Below are positions 1 through 9,194 of a stretch of 25,662 nucleotides of DNA, one piece after another. This DNA comes from Deinococcales bacterium (lineage in GTDB: Bacteria; Deinococcota; Deinococci; Deinococcales; JAAFIG01). Both the position numbers and the translations under genes were made by a program. The notes under the pieces were generated by a model. That model did no database searches. It saw only the letters and a list, made by a program, of their open reading frames with translations, and had not been told where the DNA came from. The stretch spans positions 1 to 25,662 of the forward strand of contig JAYWGM010000043.1 of NCBI GenBank assembly GCA_043778225.1. The letters are read 5' to 3'. Every line of letters starts with the position of its first letter. Within the stretch, counting starts at the first letter, position 1.

Positions 1-894
1 ATGCCAGTGGCTTGCGTCAAACTGCATAGTATCCCAGCCTTGTGGCTCGAGCCTTGCATCAAAAGTTTCGCCCATTAAAAAATCGGAAGCCCGAATCGCG
101 CCTGTGCTGACTTTCCATTTGTCCCATTCGCCACTCGAGGTGATGATTTGCTTTGAGCCGTCGGTCAGTTCAAGCTCGAGTTGCGCCAATAATTGCGGCA
201 GTGCGCCGTAATGCCGACGTTGGTGTTTGTAGCCGATAAACCCCGCAAACCAACCCTCGCCAAGAATTGCACCCAGAACATTCTGACCAACTTGAATATG
301 TTTGGTTACATCAAGCGTTTGGTATTCGATACGCTTGGCATAATCCGTCCAACCGGGCGCAAGGGCTGCGTCTCCAATCCGCCTCCCGTTCAGACTGGCG
401 ATATACAAACCTCGGGCAGTGATGTACAAACGTGCGCGTGTTACCGCATGACCGACCTGAAAAGTAGACCTTAAATACGAGGCTGGTGATGGCTGGTCAG
501 CACTGACAGCATTTGTCGAGTCAAAACCAACCCATTGGGCTTGCCAATCGCTAGAATCCAGCAAACCCATTTCCCAGTGTGCCGATTCACTCCAATCAGA
601 GGGCTGACCAGCTTCGTCCCAAACGCGAACGCACCAATGACAAATCTGCCTCGAAACGAGCGGCACACCCGCATAGGCAATGTGTGCCATTGCGCTCAAA
701 GCAACCCGTCCGCTGTCCCATAAATCGCCCTGACCATTGACTTGGCTCGAGACAAAAACTTGGTAGGCGCTTTGGCGAACATTGCGGCGTTGCGACTCAA
801 TCACCCACGATAAGCGCGGTTCGTGTTCATCAATGCCAAGCGGATTCTCGAGGTACTCGCAACGTAAACCAGTGGGCTGTAGCAAATCAATCAT
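1..894 (-). CDS. Alpha-L-rhamnosidase (GH78 family), N-terminal part; runs off the left edge of the window
   Basis: Not in the ORF track because it has no stop in the window. Translated by hand from ATG 894 (GGAG RBS): MIDLLQPTGLRCEYLENPLGIDEHEPRLSW...QSAYQV...LWDSGRV...APGWTDY..RIEYQTLDVT...FDARLEPQGW. These are typical GH78 N-terminal motifs. Confidence 0.9.
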   Translation of the reverse strand, partial: MIDLLQPTGLRCEYLENPLGIDEHEPRLSWVIESQRRNVRQSAYQVFVSSQVNGQGDLWDSGRVALSAMAHIAYAGVPLVSRQICHWCVRVWDEAGQPSDWSESAHWEMGLLDSSDWQAQWVGFDSTNAVSADQPSPASYLRSTFQVGHAVTRARLYITARGLYIASLNGRRIGDAALAPGWTDYAKRIEYQTLDVTKHIQVGQNVLGAILGEGWFAGFIGYKHQRRHYGALPQLLAQLELELTDGSKQIITSSGEWDKWKVSTGAIRASDFLMGETFDARLEPQGWDTMQFDASHWH

Positions 895-972
895 TGAAAC
901 TCCATCAATTTTGCAAGAAGGGTGTGTCCGCAAGGCACAAAAGAACCACCTGTCCGCAATCCAAAAAAACGC

Positions 973-1788
973 TTAAATTATTGTGTAAACCCGTTGAACG
1001 GTATGCCCAAAAATAAATTTCGCACTGTCAGCCTCACAGTGTTGCTCGAGCATCCGAACCGTGTCGGCGTACTGCCCGCCAAGCCTACAGACGGGATGGT
1101 CGCTGCCAAACATCAGGCGGTTTGCACCGAACAACTTTACGGCGGTTTGAAAGAAGCGCTTAAAAACGTCTGGCTCGAGCGGTTTGGATTTCGCAGCCGT
1201 CAGAAATCCAGAGATTTTTAGGTTGACATGACTCAAATCTGCAAAGCCTGCAAGAGAAGTTGCCCATGACCCATGATTCTCGAGTGCAAGCTCGATTCCA
1301 GCAAAGTGGTCGAGAATAAATTCGACCCGAGGGTGAGCGCTGACGAGTTTGTGTAAACGCGGCGATAAATGGTCTTGAATCAGCAGGTCACAGGTGAGGT
1401 GGTGTTGCTCGAGGATGCTCAGTCCATTGTGCAGTGCCTCCCAGTCGCTATTTGGGGCTTCGGCGCTTGGAATTCTTGGACGTACCCCCTTAAATTTCTG
1501 GTGAGCCATCAATGATTCAAGCTCTTGCTCGAGGGTCGGTGAGGTCAAGTCACACCAGCCAACTACCCCCAGTATTTCTGGATGTGCATTGGCAACCTCG
1601 AGCAACCACCGATTTTCCCCGAGCGAACTGTCTGCCTCCACCAGCACGGCATTCTGAAGGTTGTTGGTGTGCAGTAACTCAAGAGCTTGTTGAATCGTGT
1701 GGTCTCGGTGCAGCACTCCTAACTCCGAGGTGATCCACGAATACTTGAAGCGCTCGAGTTCCCAGATGTGCAGGTGCGAATCGGTCAT
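973..1788 (-). CDS. Amidohydrolase_2 family protein, probable sugar lactonase (L-fucono/L-rhamnono-lactonase-like)
   Basis: DSHLHIW N-terminal metal motif, ILDH, KISG and RLMFGSDHPV. Start overlaps the stop of the upstream RraA-like gene (ATGA). Confidence 0.85.
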   Translation of the reverse strand: MTDSHLHIWELERFKYSWITSELGVLHRDHTIQQALELLHTNNLQNAVLVEADSSLGENRWLLEVANAHPEILGVVGWCDLTSPTLEQELESLMAHQKFKGVRPRIPSAEAPNSDWEALHNGLSILEQHHLTCDLLIQDHLSPRLHKLVSAHPRVEFILDHFAGIELALENHGSWATSLAGFADLSHVNLKISGFLTAAKSKPLEPDVFKRFFQTAVKLFGANRLMFGSDHPVCRLGGQYADTVRMLEQHCEADSAKFIFGHTVQRVYTII

Positions 1789-2567
1789 TTGAGGCTCGAG
1801 GCTTTGAAGGTTTCGTACTCGAGTCTGCCTTCGTCAGAAAGCGGATAATACTTCCAAATCGAACCGCCTTCAGCCAGTTTTTGGCGGCTAAACGATTCCC
1901 AGTCTTCATGCTCTAAGGTTAGCTCGAGCAGTTTTGGCACGAGCTTAATCGGTATCAGCACCACGCCGTCATCGTCGGCAATGATGATGTCTCCGGGCAG
2001 CACCAGTACATTGGCGCAGTCCACAGGGACATTGTGCGCCCACGGAAACAAACCCGCTTGCGAGGCGTAATTCGGGGTCAGTCCACGCACCCACAATGGC
2101 AGACCGATGGGTTGAACGTGCGTCCAATCCCGAATTCGTCCGTCCACGACTGCGCCAATGCCTCCCCGTCCTTTGAGGTAGGTGATTAGCATTTCGCCAA
2201 GACAGCCCGAATGGGTATCGCCTTTGGCGGCAATCACCAGCACATCGCCGTTTTGAATGGTGTCCAGCACGTGCCATAAGGCGCTGCGTTTCTCAATTTC
2301 TTCTTGTGCCACGCCCGAGGCGATGTCCTCGCGTTGCGGCATGAATTGCAGGGTCACGGCGGGTCCGACAATTTTTGTTCCGAGTATGGTCGGGCGTGGA
2401 CCTTCGATGTACGTTTGGCGAATCCCGAGTTTGTGCAGGTAGGCGCTGGCGGTTGCGCTGCTGACCTTATAAAGTTGTTGAATCATGCTTGGGTCTGGGC
2501 GCGTCCAAGCCGCCCCAGCGATGGGCAATTCGATGCCCGGATTGGGCAGTTCAAAGGTTTCATTCAT
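1785..2567 (-). CDS. RraA-like / HMG-CHA aldolase family protein
   Basis: GPAVTLQFMPQRED, GCLGEML, GAVVDGRIRD and VLPGDIIIADDDGVVLIP. ATG 2567, overlapping the end of the upstream gene, is preferred over TTG 2585. Confidence 0.85.
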   Translation of the reverse strand: MNETFELPNPGIELPIAGAAWTRPDPSMIQQLYKVSSATASAYLHKLGIRQTYIEGPRPTILGTKIVGPAVTLQFMPQREDIASGVAQEEIEKRSALWHVLDTIQNGDVLVIAAKGDTHSGCLGEMLITYLKGRGGIGAVVDGRIRDWTHVQPIGLPLWVRGLTPNYASQAGLFPWAHNVPVDCANVLVLPGDIIIADDDGVVLIPIKLVPKLLELTLEHEDWESFSRQKLAEGGSIWKYYPLSDEGRLEYETFKASSLK

Positions 2568-4857
2568 GGTGGTTTCCCGAGTCAATCGCCGTTAGCTCGA
2601 GCCGCCATTGACCAGCCCTGAGGTTCGTTCCTAAAAAAGTGTTGCGACGTGCGGTTTGCGGTTCGGTGTCTCGAGTCATGGGCAGCAGTTCAACAATTTT
2701 TTGGTTGACTCGAGCGGTGGGGAATTCTGCGGCAATCTCGAGTGGCACGCCGATTCTGGCGGTTGTGCCTGTTGGAACGTTGATTTGAATAGAAAAACCT
2801 GTTTTGGAACGGTTGACCTCGAGATTTATCAGTCCGTGCGGTGTAGGTGTGGCAAGTTCTAAGCGTTCGAGCGAACCCAAGTCTGGACAGCAGTCAAAGG
2901 TTTCCCATGCCAAATTGGTGGGGTACAGTCCTGCCACGTATTGGGAAATCAGTGTCAGTGGTCCACCAGACCAGCCGTGGTTGTACGTGCCTCCGCCGTA
3001 GGTGTGCGAACCGATTTCCCATCCCTCCCATAAGGTACTGAGTGGACTTTCGACCATGTTGGTGTAGCGCCGCCTCATGCGGGTCAGAGCAATGTCGGTG
3101 TCACCCATGAACAACAGCGCTTCGAGAACATACTTTTCCATGTACGGACCGGCGTGTTCGGTGGTCTCGAGCAGCGCCCGAATTGCGGGGTACTGCTCGG
3201 GCGTTACAAAGCCAGTCAGTACCGCCAGTCCGTTGGCGCGGTCATCGTAGCTGGTTTCCGAGCCAGCGTAGGCTACCGAACGAAACCCCGTACCTGTCCA
3301 GAATTCTTTGGCAAAAACCTGTTGGACTCGAGCAATTTCTGTGGCGTACCCAAGCGCATCCCCGCTCAGACCCAACTGGGTTGCACTGCGCCGCGCCCCC
3401 TCGAGTGCCAGCGCGTACCAAGCGTGTTCAAGGACTGGAACATCGCAGTGGCTGCCCCAATCGTACCAATCCCAGTCTCCTGCCCGATGCTCGAGTAAAC
3501 CGTCCTGTCCCCAGCGCCACAACCTCAGGTAATCGCGCACTGCTGGGTAGGTGTGGCGCAGCGTCTCGAGGTCGCCGGTGTACCACGTGTACGTCCAGAA
3601 TCCGTAGACTCCAATGGCAGAGAGCATCTGCGCGGGCAGTTCATTGACCCAGTTTCCCGGCACGGGCGAGAACAGCACGCCATCGTCGCGCCGCCAGTCC
3701 ACAAGGTTGCGAATGGCTTTGCGGATGGACCCGTGGGCGTTTTGGTCGCAACTGTAAAGCATCATGCCGAGCAGAATTACCGCGTCACCCCACCACTGGG
3801 CGCGTTCGCGGTCTGGGTCTTGAATGCCGTCGCGCAAATTGACCAGCATGGTGTTGACGCATTTTTGCCAAAGTTGCTCGAGGAACGGATCGTTGCAGCT
3901 TAAACGCCCAAGCACTTCGGTCGGAAAGCGGCTTTCGCGGTAGCCGAGCGCATGAACCGTCACACCGGCAGGAATGGTGTACTGCACCTCATGACCGTTC
4001 AGGTAGCCGATGTACTCGAACGATTGCCGCCCCGATTTGGTGATGTACTGACCGCGTAAATTCGGTTCAGAGCCGCCTCGGTAGTTGTCGGTTTGAAGGT
4101 AAATTGTTTGCCCTTTGATCGCCTCAATCTCAAAGTACGGACTGATGGTTAAATTGCCCGGTAGCTGTCCGCGCAGGGTTTCGCCAGAACTGAGCCACGG
4201 CAAGGGCGGAGCGCTCGAGTAGGGCAAAATAGCGCTTGTGTGCCACTGTGGAAACGGGCGCGGCTCGAGGACACCCCACGGCGCACAGGGCGGCACGCCA
4301 AAGGTGCTACAGGTTTGCCAATCACGATCATCAAAGCCAGACTGCTGCCACTCTGGACTATCGGCTCGAGCATCGAAATGCAAATTGAATTCGGGCAGGC
4401 GGTAATTCGGATGTGGTTCGCCCGTGACCCCAAAAGCGGGATGAACCCGACAGCGCCAAGTTTCGTCGCTGTGCAACGCCAAGCCGTCCGCCTCGAGTTC
4501 AAATACCAGTCCCGCCAGTCCACTCGATTTGTGCGAGAAGCCATCGCGTCCAAAGTACCAAACCAGCACCGCCAAAGTGTTCTCGCCCTCAAGCAGATGT
4601 TGGCTCAACTCGAGCGGGTCGAAATACGAACCGGTCGGGGTTGGACCGCGTTTGAGTTGCCCTTCGATGACCACGGGTTTTCCGTTCAGCCAGAGCCAGT
4701 ATTTGGAATCCACTGCAATTCGAGCCAATGCCGTGGCTGGGAGTTGCTCGAGCCTAAACGACTTGCGGTAACACAACCACAGGTTTGAACTCGGGAAAGA
4801 AGAAGCTACGGGCGCAGGTGCAATCCATTGCGCTTGCCAAGGTTGCTCGAGTGTCAT
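2560..4857 (-). CDS. Alpha-L-rhamnosidase-related glycoside hydrolase (GH78-like)
   Basis: 765 aa. IAVDSKYWLWLNG, DPDRERAQWWGD catalytic-region motif, STLWEGW and TYNHGWSGGP. Confidence 0.85.
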   Translation of the reverse strand: MTLEQPWQAQWIAPAPVASSFPSSNLWLCYRKSFRLEQLPATALARIAVDSKYWLWLNGKPVVIEGQLKRGPTPTGSYFDPLELSQHLLEGENTLAVLVWYFGRDGFSHKSSGLAGLVFELEADGLALHSDETWRCRVHPAFGVTGEPHPNYRLPEFNLHFDARADSPEWQQSGFDDRDWQTCSTFGVPPCAPWGVLEPRPFPQWHTSAILPYSSAPPLPWLSSGETLRGQLPGNLTISPYFEIEAIKGQTIYLQTDNYRGGSEPNLRGQYITKSGRQSFEYIGYLNGHEVQYTIPAGVTVHALGYRESRFPTEVLGRLSCNDPFLEQLWQKCVNTMLVNLRDGIQDPDRERAQWWGDAVILLGMMLYSCDQNAHGSIRKAIRNLVDWRRDDGVLFSPVPGNWVNELPAQMLSAIGVYGFWTYTWYTGDLETLRHTYPAVRDYLRLWRWGQDGLLEHRAGDWDWYDWGSHCDVPVLEHAWYALALEGARRSATQLGLSGDALGYATEIARVQQVFAKEFWTGTGFRSVAYAGSETSYDDRANGLAVLTGFVTPEQYPAIRALLETTEHAGPYMEKYVLEALLFMGDTDIALTRMRRRYTNMVESPLSTLWEGWEIGSHTYGGGTYNHGWSGGPLTLISQYVAGLYPTNLAWETFDCCPDLGSLERLELATPTPHGLINLEVNRSKTGFSIQINVPTGTTARIGVPLEIAAEFPTARVNQKIVELLPMTRDTEPQTARRNTFLGTNLRAGQWRLELTAIDSGNHHE

Positions 4858-5007
4858 GGTGCAACCTTGGTGTGAAAACGAATTTCAGAATAGATTATCA
4901 AAGTTTTCATATAAATTGCCTCTCGAGGATGTAAGGAATTGAACAAAACTATCATGCAGCAACAGTTTAGGTCTTAAAATTTCTAAGTCTGATAAAAAGA
5001 TTCTATG

Positions 5008-5037
5008 GTGCGCCTCGAGACAAAACTCGAGGCGCAC
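5008..5037. terminator. Perfect 12-bp stem-loop downstream of the beta-helix gene (terminator or mRNA stabiliser)
   Basis: GTGCGCCTCGAG-ACAAAA-CTCGAGGCGCAC, 11 nt past the stop at 5049. The U-tract on the minus strand is weak. Confidence 0.6.
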
Positions 5038-5048
5038 GTTTTATTGGT

Positions 5049-7796
5049 TTAGTTCTGAGTCAAAGTGAAATCATCGCAAAACGAATTACCTGCTCCAGCC
5101 GCCTTATAACAATAAATCTTGGCACTGGTACTCGAGCCTCCCGTGGTAAAATTGATTGAGATTTGCGTGTACGTGGTGCTGGTTGAGGCTTGATTAACTT
5201 CTGAACCACCGTAGTCTTTCACGCCGATATAAGTTTGGTCACTCGAGGAGCCTGTTTTGACCCATCCGCGCAGGGTGTAACTTTTATTGGCGATTAAGCC
5301 AGAAATGACTTGTTCCGTGCCACTGCCCGAACCGCTCAAACGCATCGAATTTGTACCGGCACGGGCATCGGAAGCCACCACCAAAGTTGTTCCAAAGTTT
5401 GTCCAAGAGGTGCTGCCGCTCTCAAAGCTCTGGTTGCCAAAAGCCACATTACTAGAAGCATCGGCTGGTACGACTTCAAAGTCGTCGCAAAAAGAATTGC
5501 CTGTTCCCGCCGCTTTGTAACAAAAAATCTTGGCGCTGTTACTCGAGCTTCCAGTTGTAAAATTCATCGAGAGTTGGGTGTATGCAGTGCTGGTCGTTGA
5601 TTGATTGATTTCGGCACTCCCAAATTCTTTCACGCCAATATAGGTTTGGTCACTCGAGGAGCTTGTTTTGACCCAACCGCGCAAGGTGTAAGTGGTGCTG
5701 GCGGTCAAGCCAGAAATCACTTGTTCGCTGCCACTTCCCGAGCCGCTCAAGCGCATAGAATTGCTACCACTGCGAGCGTCGGAAGCCACCACAGAAGTTG
5801 TGCCAAAACTTGTCCAAGAACTTGCACCACTCTCGAAACCGGGGTTGCTAACAGTTCCACTCGAGGGTGGGGTGCTATCCGAAGGGTCACTCGGGGCGCT
5901 GACGGCGGGTCGGCAGCCAGTCAACGAACAGCCCGGAATCCAGTCTGTTCCACCATTTTCGTATGCTCCCGAGTCGGGCGCACTGCCAGCGAATCCATCG
6001 GTGAAGCCACTGAAAACAGCCCCAGCATTGATGGCGGGCGAATTGTTGTTGAGTCGAAAATTGGCAGTTGCCGCATCCATAAATTGTGGATTAACCGAAG
6101 ACCCAATATTGTTTCCTGCCGTAAAATTCGTACCACCAAAAGAGATGTTGCCTCGAGCGATGTTGTTAAAAATGGCTGTTCCACTGGCACTACCGATGTT
6201 ACCCATGTTGATGCTATTTTTAGAGATACCTTTGCCTACGGTGTTGTTGTACACCTTATTGCCGGTACTCGAGCCACCGTTGCCGTGCAGGTAAATACCA
6301 TGTCCTTGAATGTTCCAGACAACATTGTGGTCTATTGTGAAATTGAAGTTCCCATTGTCTATGTAAACCCCTGCGTGCGAAAAACCACCGTTGTTGTACA
6401 AACTATCGTAAATCCAATTGTGATTAATACGAACACCTGCACCATTTGCAGTGCAGCAAGTGTAAATACCACCGAGGTCAGAATTGAGAACCCCAAAGTT
6501 GGCAATGCGGTTGTAACTAACATTATTGCTCGAGTTTGGAGTGATTTGAATGCCATCACGTCCAGTCTTATAAATGCTGTTGTTAGTGATCGTCAAGTTG
6601 CTTCCATCCATAGAAATTCCAGTGGTGTAGCCCGCCGTGTAATTGGTGTTCTCGATCAGGTTATTGGTCACAGTGATGTTTGTTCCCTTGGCTCGAATAC
6701 CGTGACCAGCGCTGTTGCGAACAGTGCTATTTTTGAAGGTGTGACCTGTTCCGTTGAGGATAATTCCAGTATCCTCCTGATGAGAACAGTAAATACTACA
6801 AGTCACCGTTTCGGGCATGGTGATAAAGTGCGTAATATAATTGGCATTGATACCATCTATCGTTGCCGAACTGCTGCTGCTGTTGGTGTTGATGGTTGCT
6901 GCAAACAAGGATAAACCTTTGACCACCACACCACTTTTACCCGCCAAATCAAAGGCATTGGTGCGTTTTTTAGCCTCGACCGTCAAGCTGCTTGGATTGG
7001 CATTGTTGGCAGCCCAAAGGTAAATTTTATTTTGTGCGCCGTCGTAAAACCATTCACCTGCCGAGTCCAAAGCAGCAAGTTTACCGACCAAATAGAACTG
7101 GCTGTTCTGATTGGCACAAAGATTGTTGCAATCAGGTCCCGCCGAGGCAAGGGTCACACTGCCGCTCGAGGAACTAGAAATGGTGCGGGTATGAGCCGTC
7201 CATTTTTGCCCACCGCGAATGTGCGCCGTTGCTCCTGTCCAGTTGATGTTCTGGATGCTCGAGTTGACCAGCGTGGTGCTGTTTGTACCACTGGCGGCGG
7301 TCGCATCGGTACGAAAGAGCGGGTCGCTGCCCGTGTTGGGCCAACGCGCCTCGTTTTGCATCACGCCACCGACAAAAAGCTGATTAGCAAAAAAGCCTGT
7401 ATTGGCAAAACCATTGACTGGCAAGGTGACGGTGGCTTGATAAATACTGCCACTGTAAACGCTCCAACCACTGACCAAATCTGCGCCACTGACGGTCACG
7501 GACGCAGTGCCGTTGGGTTGGAAAATCACCCCTGAGTTTGGTGTGACAGTTTCACGGTACGTGCCAGCCCCGATATTGCAAATGTCACCTGAACCCGAGA
7601 CTGTACCGCATTTTTGAATTGTGCGGTAAGGACTTGCCGATGTGCCAGCATTGGTGTCTGCGCCGTTGGTTGCGACATAACGATTGACTCCTGCTTGAAG
7701 TTGCAATGGTGCGTTTGGAGCTTGATTACATGATGTTACCAAGATGGCGATCAACGAAATGCAGACGGACAACTTTGTGATTGGAGATGATTTCAT
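5049..7796 (-). CDS. Secreted lipoprotein: right-handed parallel beta-helix (GH141-like or pectate-lyase-like fold) with two C-terminal carbohydrate-binding modules
   Basis: ATG 7796 with AAGGA RBS. Lipobox-like LVTSC, YVATNGADTNAGTSASPYRTIQ, QLFV...EARWPN, LDSAGEWFYD, Asn-rich beta-helix repeats (DLGGIY, GVYIDNG), Pro/Ser linker and two NxxFES...DDF modules. Confidence 0.8.
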   Translation of the reverse strand: MKSSPITKLSVCISLIAILVTSCNQAPNAPLQLQAGVNRYVATNGADTNAGTSASPYRTIQKCGTVSGSGDICNIGAGTYRETVTPNSGVIFQPNGTASVTVSGADLVSGWSVYSGSIYQATVTLPVNGFANTGFFANQLFVGGVMQNEARWPNTGSDPLFRTDATAASGTNSTTLVNSSIQNINWTGATAHIRGGQKWTAHTRTISSSSSGSVTLASAGPDCNNLCANQNSQFYLVGKLAALDSAGEWFYDGAQNKIYLWAANNANPSSLTVEAKKRTNAFDLAGKSGVVVKGLSLFAATINTNSSSSSATIDGINANYITHFITMPETVTCSIYCSHQEDTGIILNGTGHTFKNSTVRNSAGHGIRAKGTNITVTNNLIENTNYTAGYTTGISMDGSNLTITNNSIYKTGRDGIQITPNSSNNVSYNRIANFGVLNSDLGGIYTCCTANGAGVRINHNWIYDSLYNNGGFSHAGVYIDNGNFNFTIDHNVVWNIQGHGIYLHGNGGSSTGNKVYNNTVGKGISKNSINMGNIGSASGTAIFNNIARGNISFGGTNFTAGNNIGSSVNPQFMDAATANFRLNNNSPAINAGAVFSGFTDGFAGSAPDSGAYENGGTDWIPGCSLTGCRPAVSAPSDPSDSTPPSSGTVSNPGFESGASSWTSFGTTSVVASDARSGSNSMRLSGSGSGSEQVISGLTASTTYTLRGWVKTSSSSDQTYIGVKEFGSAEINQSTTSTAYTQLSMNFTTGSSSNSAKIFCYKAAGTGNSFCDDFEVVPADASSNVAFGNQSFESGSTSWTNFGTTLVVASDARAGTNSMRLSGSGSGTEQVISGLIANKSYTLRGWVKTGSSSDQTYIGVKDYGGSEVNQASTSTTYTQISINFTTGGSSTSAKIYCYKAAGAGNSFCDDFTLTQN
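5067..5846 (-). repeat. Internal tandem duplication of a CBM-like domain (period 411 nt, 137 aa)
   Basis: Copies at about 5478-5846 and 5067-5435: NPGFESG..VVASDARSGSNSMRLSGSGSG..YTLRGWVKT..DQTYIGVK..CYKAAG.GNSFCDDF. Confidence 0.9.
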
Positions 7797-7860
7797 GAAC
7801 ACATCCTTCAAAGTGGTGCGAGAATTTTGTCTCCCGAACAGAATTTATTTTTAGCAATGT

Positions 7861-8835
7861 TCACCGAGCAGATACTGCCTTTGCAGTCTGCAAGAATTGC
7901 TTGCCACCTCCTACCAATTGCTCTATCGGTATTGGAGCGTTTGGCTCGAGCCAAGCTGTATTTCGTAAGGCTTGCCAGTACGCCTTTGGGATGTTGACCG
8001 CCAGTGCAGCCAGACTGGACTCGAGTTCAACCACCGATGATGCTCCGAGCATTAAGACACTTGCGGCAGGGTGAGCTAAACAAAACTGTAAAGCGGCGGC
8101 TTTGAGCGGTACATTAAATTGCGTGCCAATGTCCTCGAGTTGACGCACACGCTCAAGAATATGATTTGAAGCGTTTTGATAATTAAATTTGGCTGCGTTT
8201 TGTGAGCCTGTTGCTAAAACACCACTGTTGAACACCCCTCCCAGAAAAACCTTGGTGTGTTTGGCATGGCATTGGTCTAAAAAATAGAGTCCAGATTGGT
8301 CGAGCAGGGTATAACGACCTGCCAATAAAAAACATTCAAATTTGTTGTTTTGGGCAAAGCGATTAAGCATTTGCCATTGGTTCATGCCAACCCCAATTTG
8401 TTTGACCATGCCTGCTGCCTGTAACTCGAGTAGTGCTGGAAGTGCCTCGTTCAAGGCTTGCTCGAAATGCTCGTCAGGGTCGTGCAAATAGACAGTATCT
8501 AAGTAATCAACGCCAAGTCGCTCAAAACTCTGGCTGATACCGTGCAAAATTGCTTGGCGGCTAAAGTCGTGCTTGGTTATGGTTGCCGTTCCAGCCCAAC
8601 CAACTTTGCTCGAGAGCCAGTAATCGCTGCGTGGCACGCCCTTGAGTGCCAAACCAAGGCGCTGTTCGCTTTGCCCTTGTCCATAGCGCGGAGCAGTATC
8701 AAAATAGCGAATGCCGTACTCGAGCGCTTTGTCTATGGTTTGGAGCGCCTGAGTCTCGCTGACCGAATGATACAAATGACTGAGTGAAGCTGTGCCGAGT
8801 CCAAGACGTTGCCGTGTCTGTAACGGAAGTTTCAT
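7861..8835 (-). CDS. Aldo/keto reductase, D-threo-aldose/L-fucose 1-dehydrogenase-like
   Basis: GIRYFDTAPRYGQGQSEQRLG, SSKVG, YLHDPD, IGVGMN and LLAGRYTLLDQ. Confidence 0.85.
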   Translation of the reverse strand: MKLPLQTRQRLGLGTASLSHLYHSVSETQALQTIDKALEYGIRYFDTAPRYGQGQSEQRLGLALKGVPRSDYWLSSKVGWAGTATITKHDFSRQAILHGISQSFERLGVDYLDTVYLHDPDEHFEQALNEALPALLELQAAGMVKQIGVGMNQWQMLNRFAQNNKFECFLLAGRYTLLDQSGLYFLDQCHAKHTKVFLGGVFNSGVLATGSQNAAKFNYQNASNHILERVRQLEDIGTQFNVPLKAAALQFCLAHPAASVLMLGASSVVELESSLAALAVNIPKAYWQALRNTAWLEPNAPIPIEQLVGGGKQFLQTAKAVSAR

Positions 8836-9137
8836 GGGGCTAAAGCCGAGAATCGATAAATTTCATTGGCATCTTGCCAAGGTGTAGCAAAACACGGTTC
8901 GGTTTGTTTGCGCCACGCTTCGGCGGCTTCGGTAAATTCTGTTAAGGATTTGATGTCTTTGCTGTCATCAGACTCGAGCAACATAATTAAAGTGTTTCCT
9001 GCACGCAGAATTTCCATGCGCTGATAACCACCTTCGGTCATGTGACGTTCATTGATTTTAGGAATTTCGCGGTGTAAACGCTCGTACTCGAGTAAATGCT
9101 CTGGGTGGAGTGTGGCAATCTTGACTTTTACTTTCAT
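8832..9137 (-). CDS. L-rhamnose mutarotase family protein
   Basis: 101 aa with EYERLHREIP motif, W..QTEPCF and EIYRF end. Overlaps the AKR start; GAGG RBS. Confidence 0.7.
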   Translation of the reverse strand: MKVKVKIATLHPEHLLEYERLHREIPKINERHMTEGGYQRMEILRAGNTLIMLLESDDSKDIKSLTEFTEAAEAWRKQTEPCFATPWQDANEIYRFSALAP

Positions 9138-9155
9138 TGCAACCTCAAACTTAAA

Positions 9156-9188
9156 TTGGGTAGCCTAGAAATATCCTAAGCTACCCAA
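9156..9188 (-). terminator. Stem-loop after the solute-binding protein gene
   Basis: TTGGGTAGC...GCTACCCAA, extendable by G-U pairs on the minus-strand RNA and followed by UUUAAGUUU. Confidence 0.7.
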
Positions 9189-9194
9189 AGCGTT

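Noticed and set aside
193..976. Short ORFs listed in the track for the first kilobase
   Set aside because: The region is occupied by the minus-strand GH78 gene (1-894), which the track missed because it has no stop in the window.
1929..2595. CTCGAG-free gaps of about 600-700 bp (also 7264-7944 and 11622-12289) as signs of foreign DNA
   Set aside because: With mean spacing near 175 bp over about 145 intervals, a few gaps of this size are expected by chance.
4873..4887. TGAAA-N5-TTTCA palindrome upstream of the GH78-like gene
   Set aside because: Short, AT-rich, single copy and does not match the operator found at the other three sites.
5601..6914. 437-aa plus-strand ORF, and other long antisense ORFs such as 5692-6294 and 4240-4788
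   Set aside because: They lie opposite well-supported genes, show no recognisable motifs and are best explained as shadow frames.
7861..7925. AKR C-terminal extension containing AGGAGGTG on the minus strand
   Set aside because: No suitably spaced ATG follows and there is no evidence for a hidden gene.
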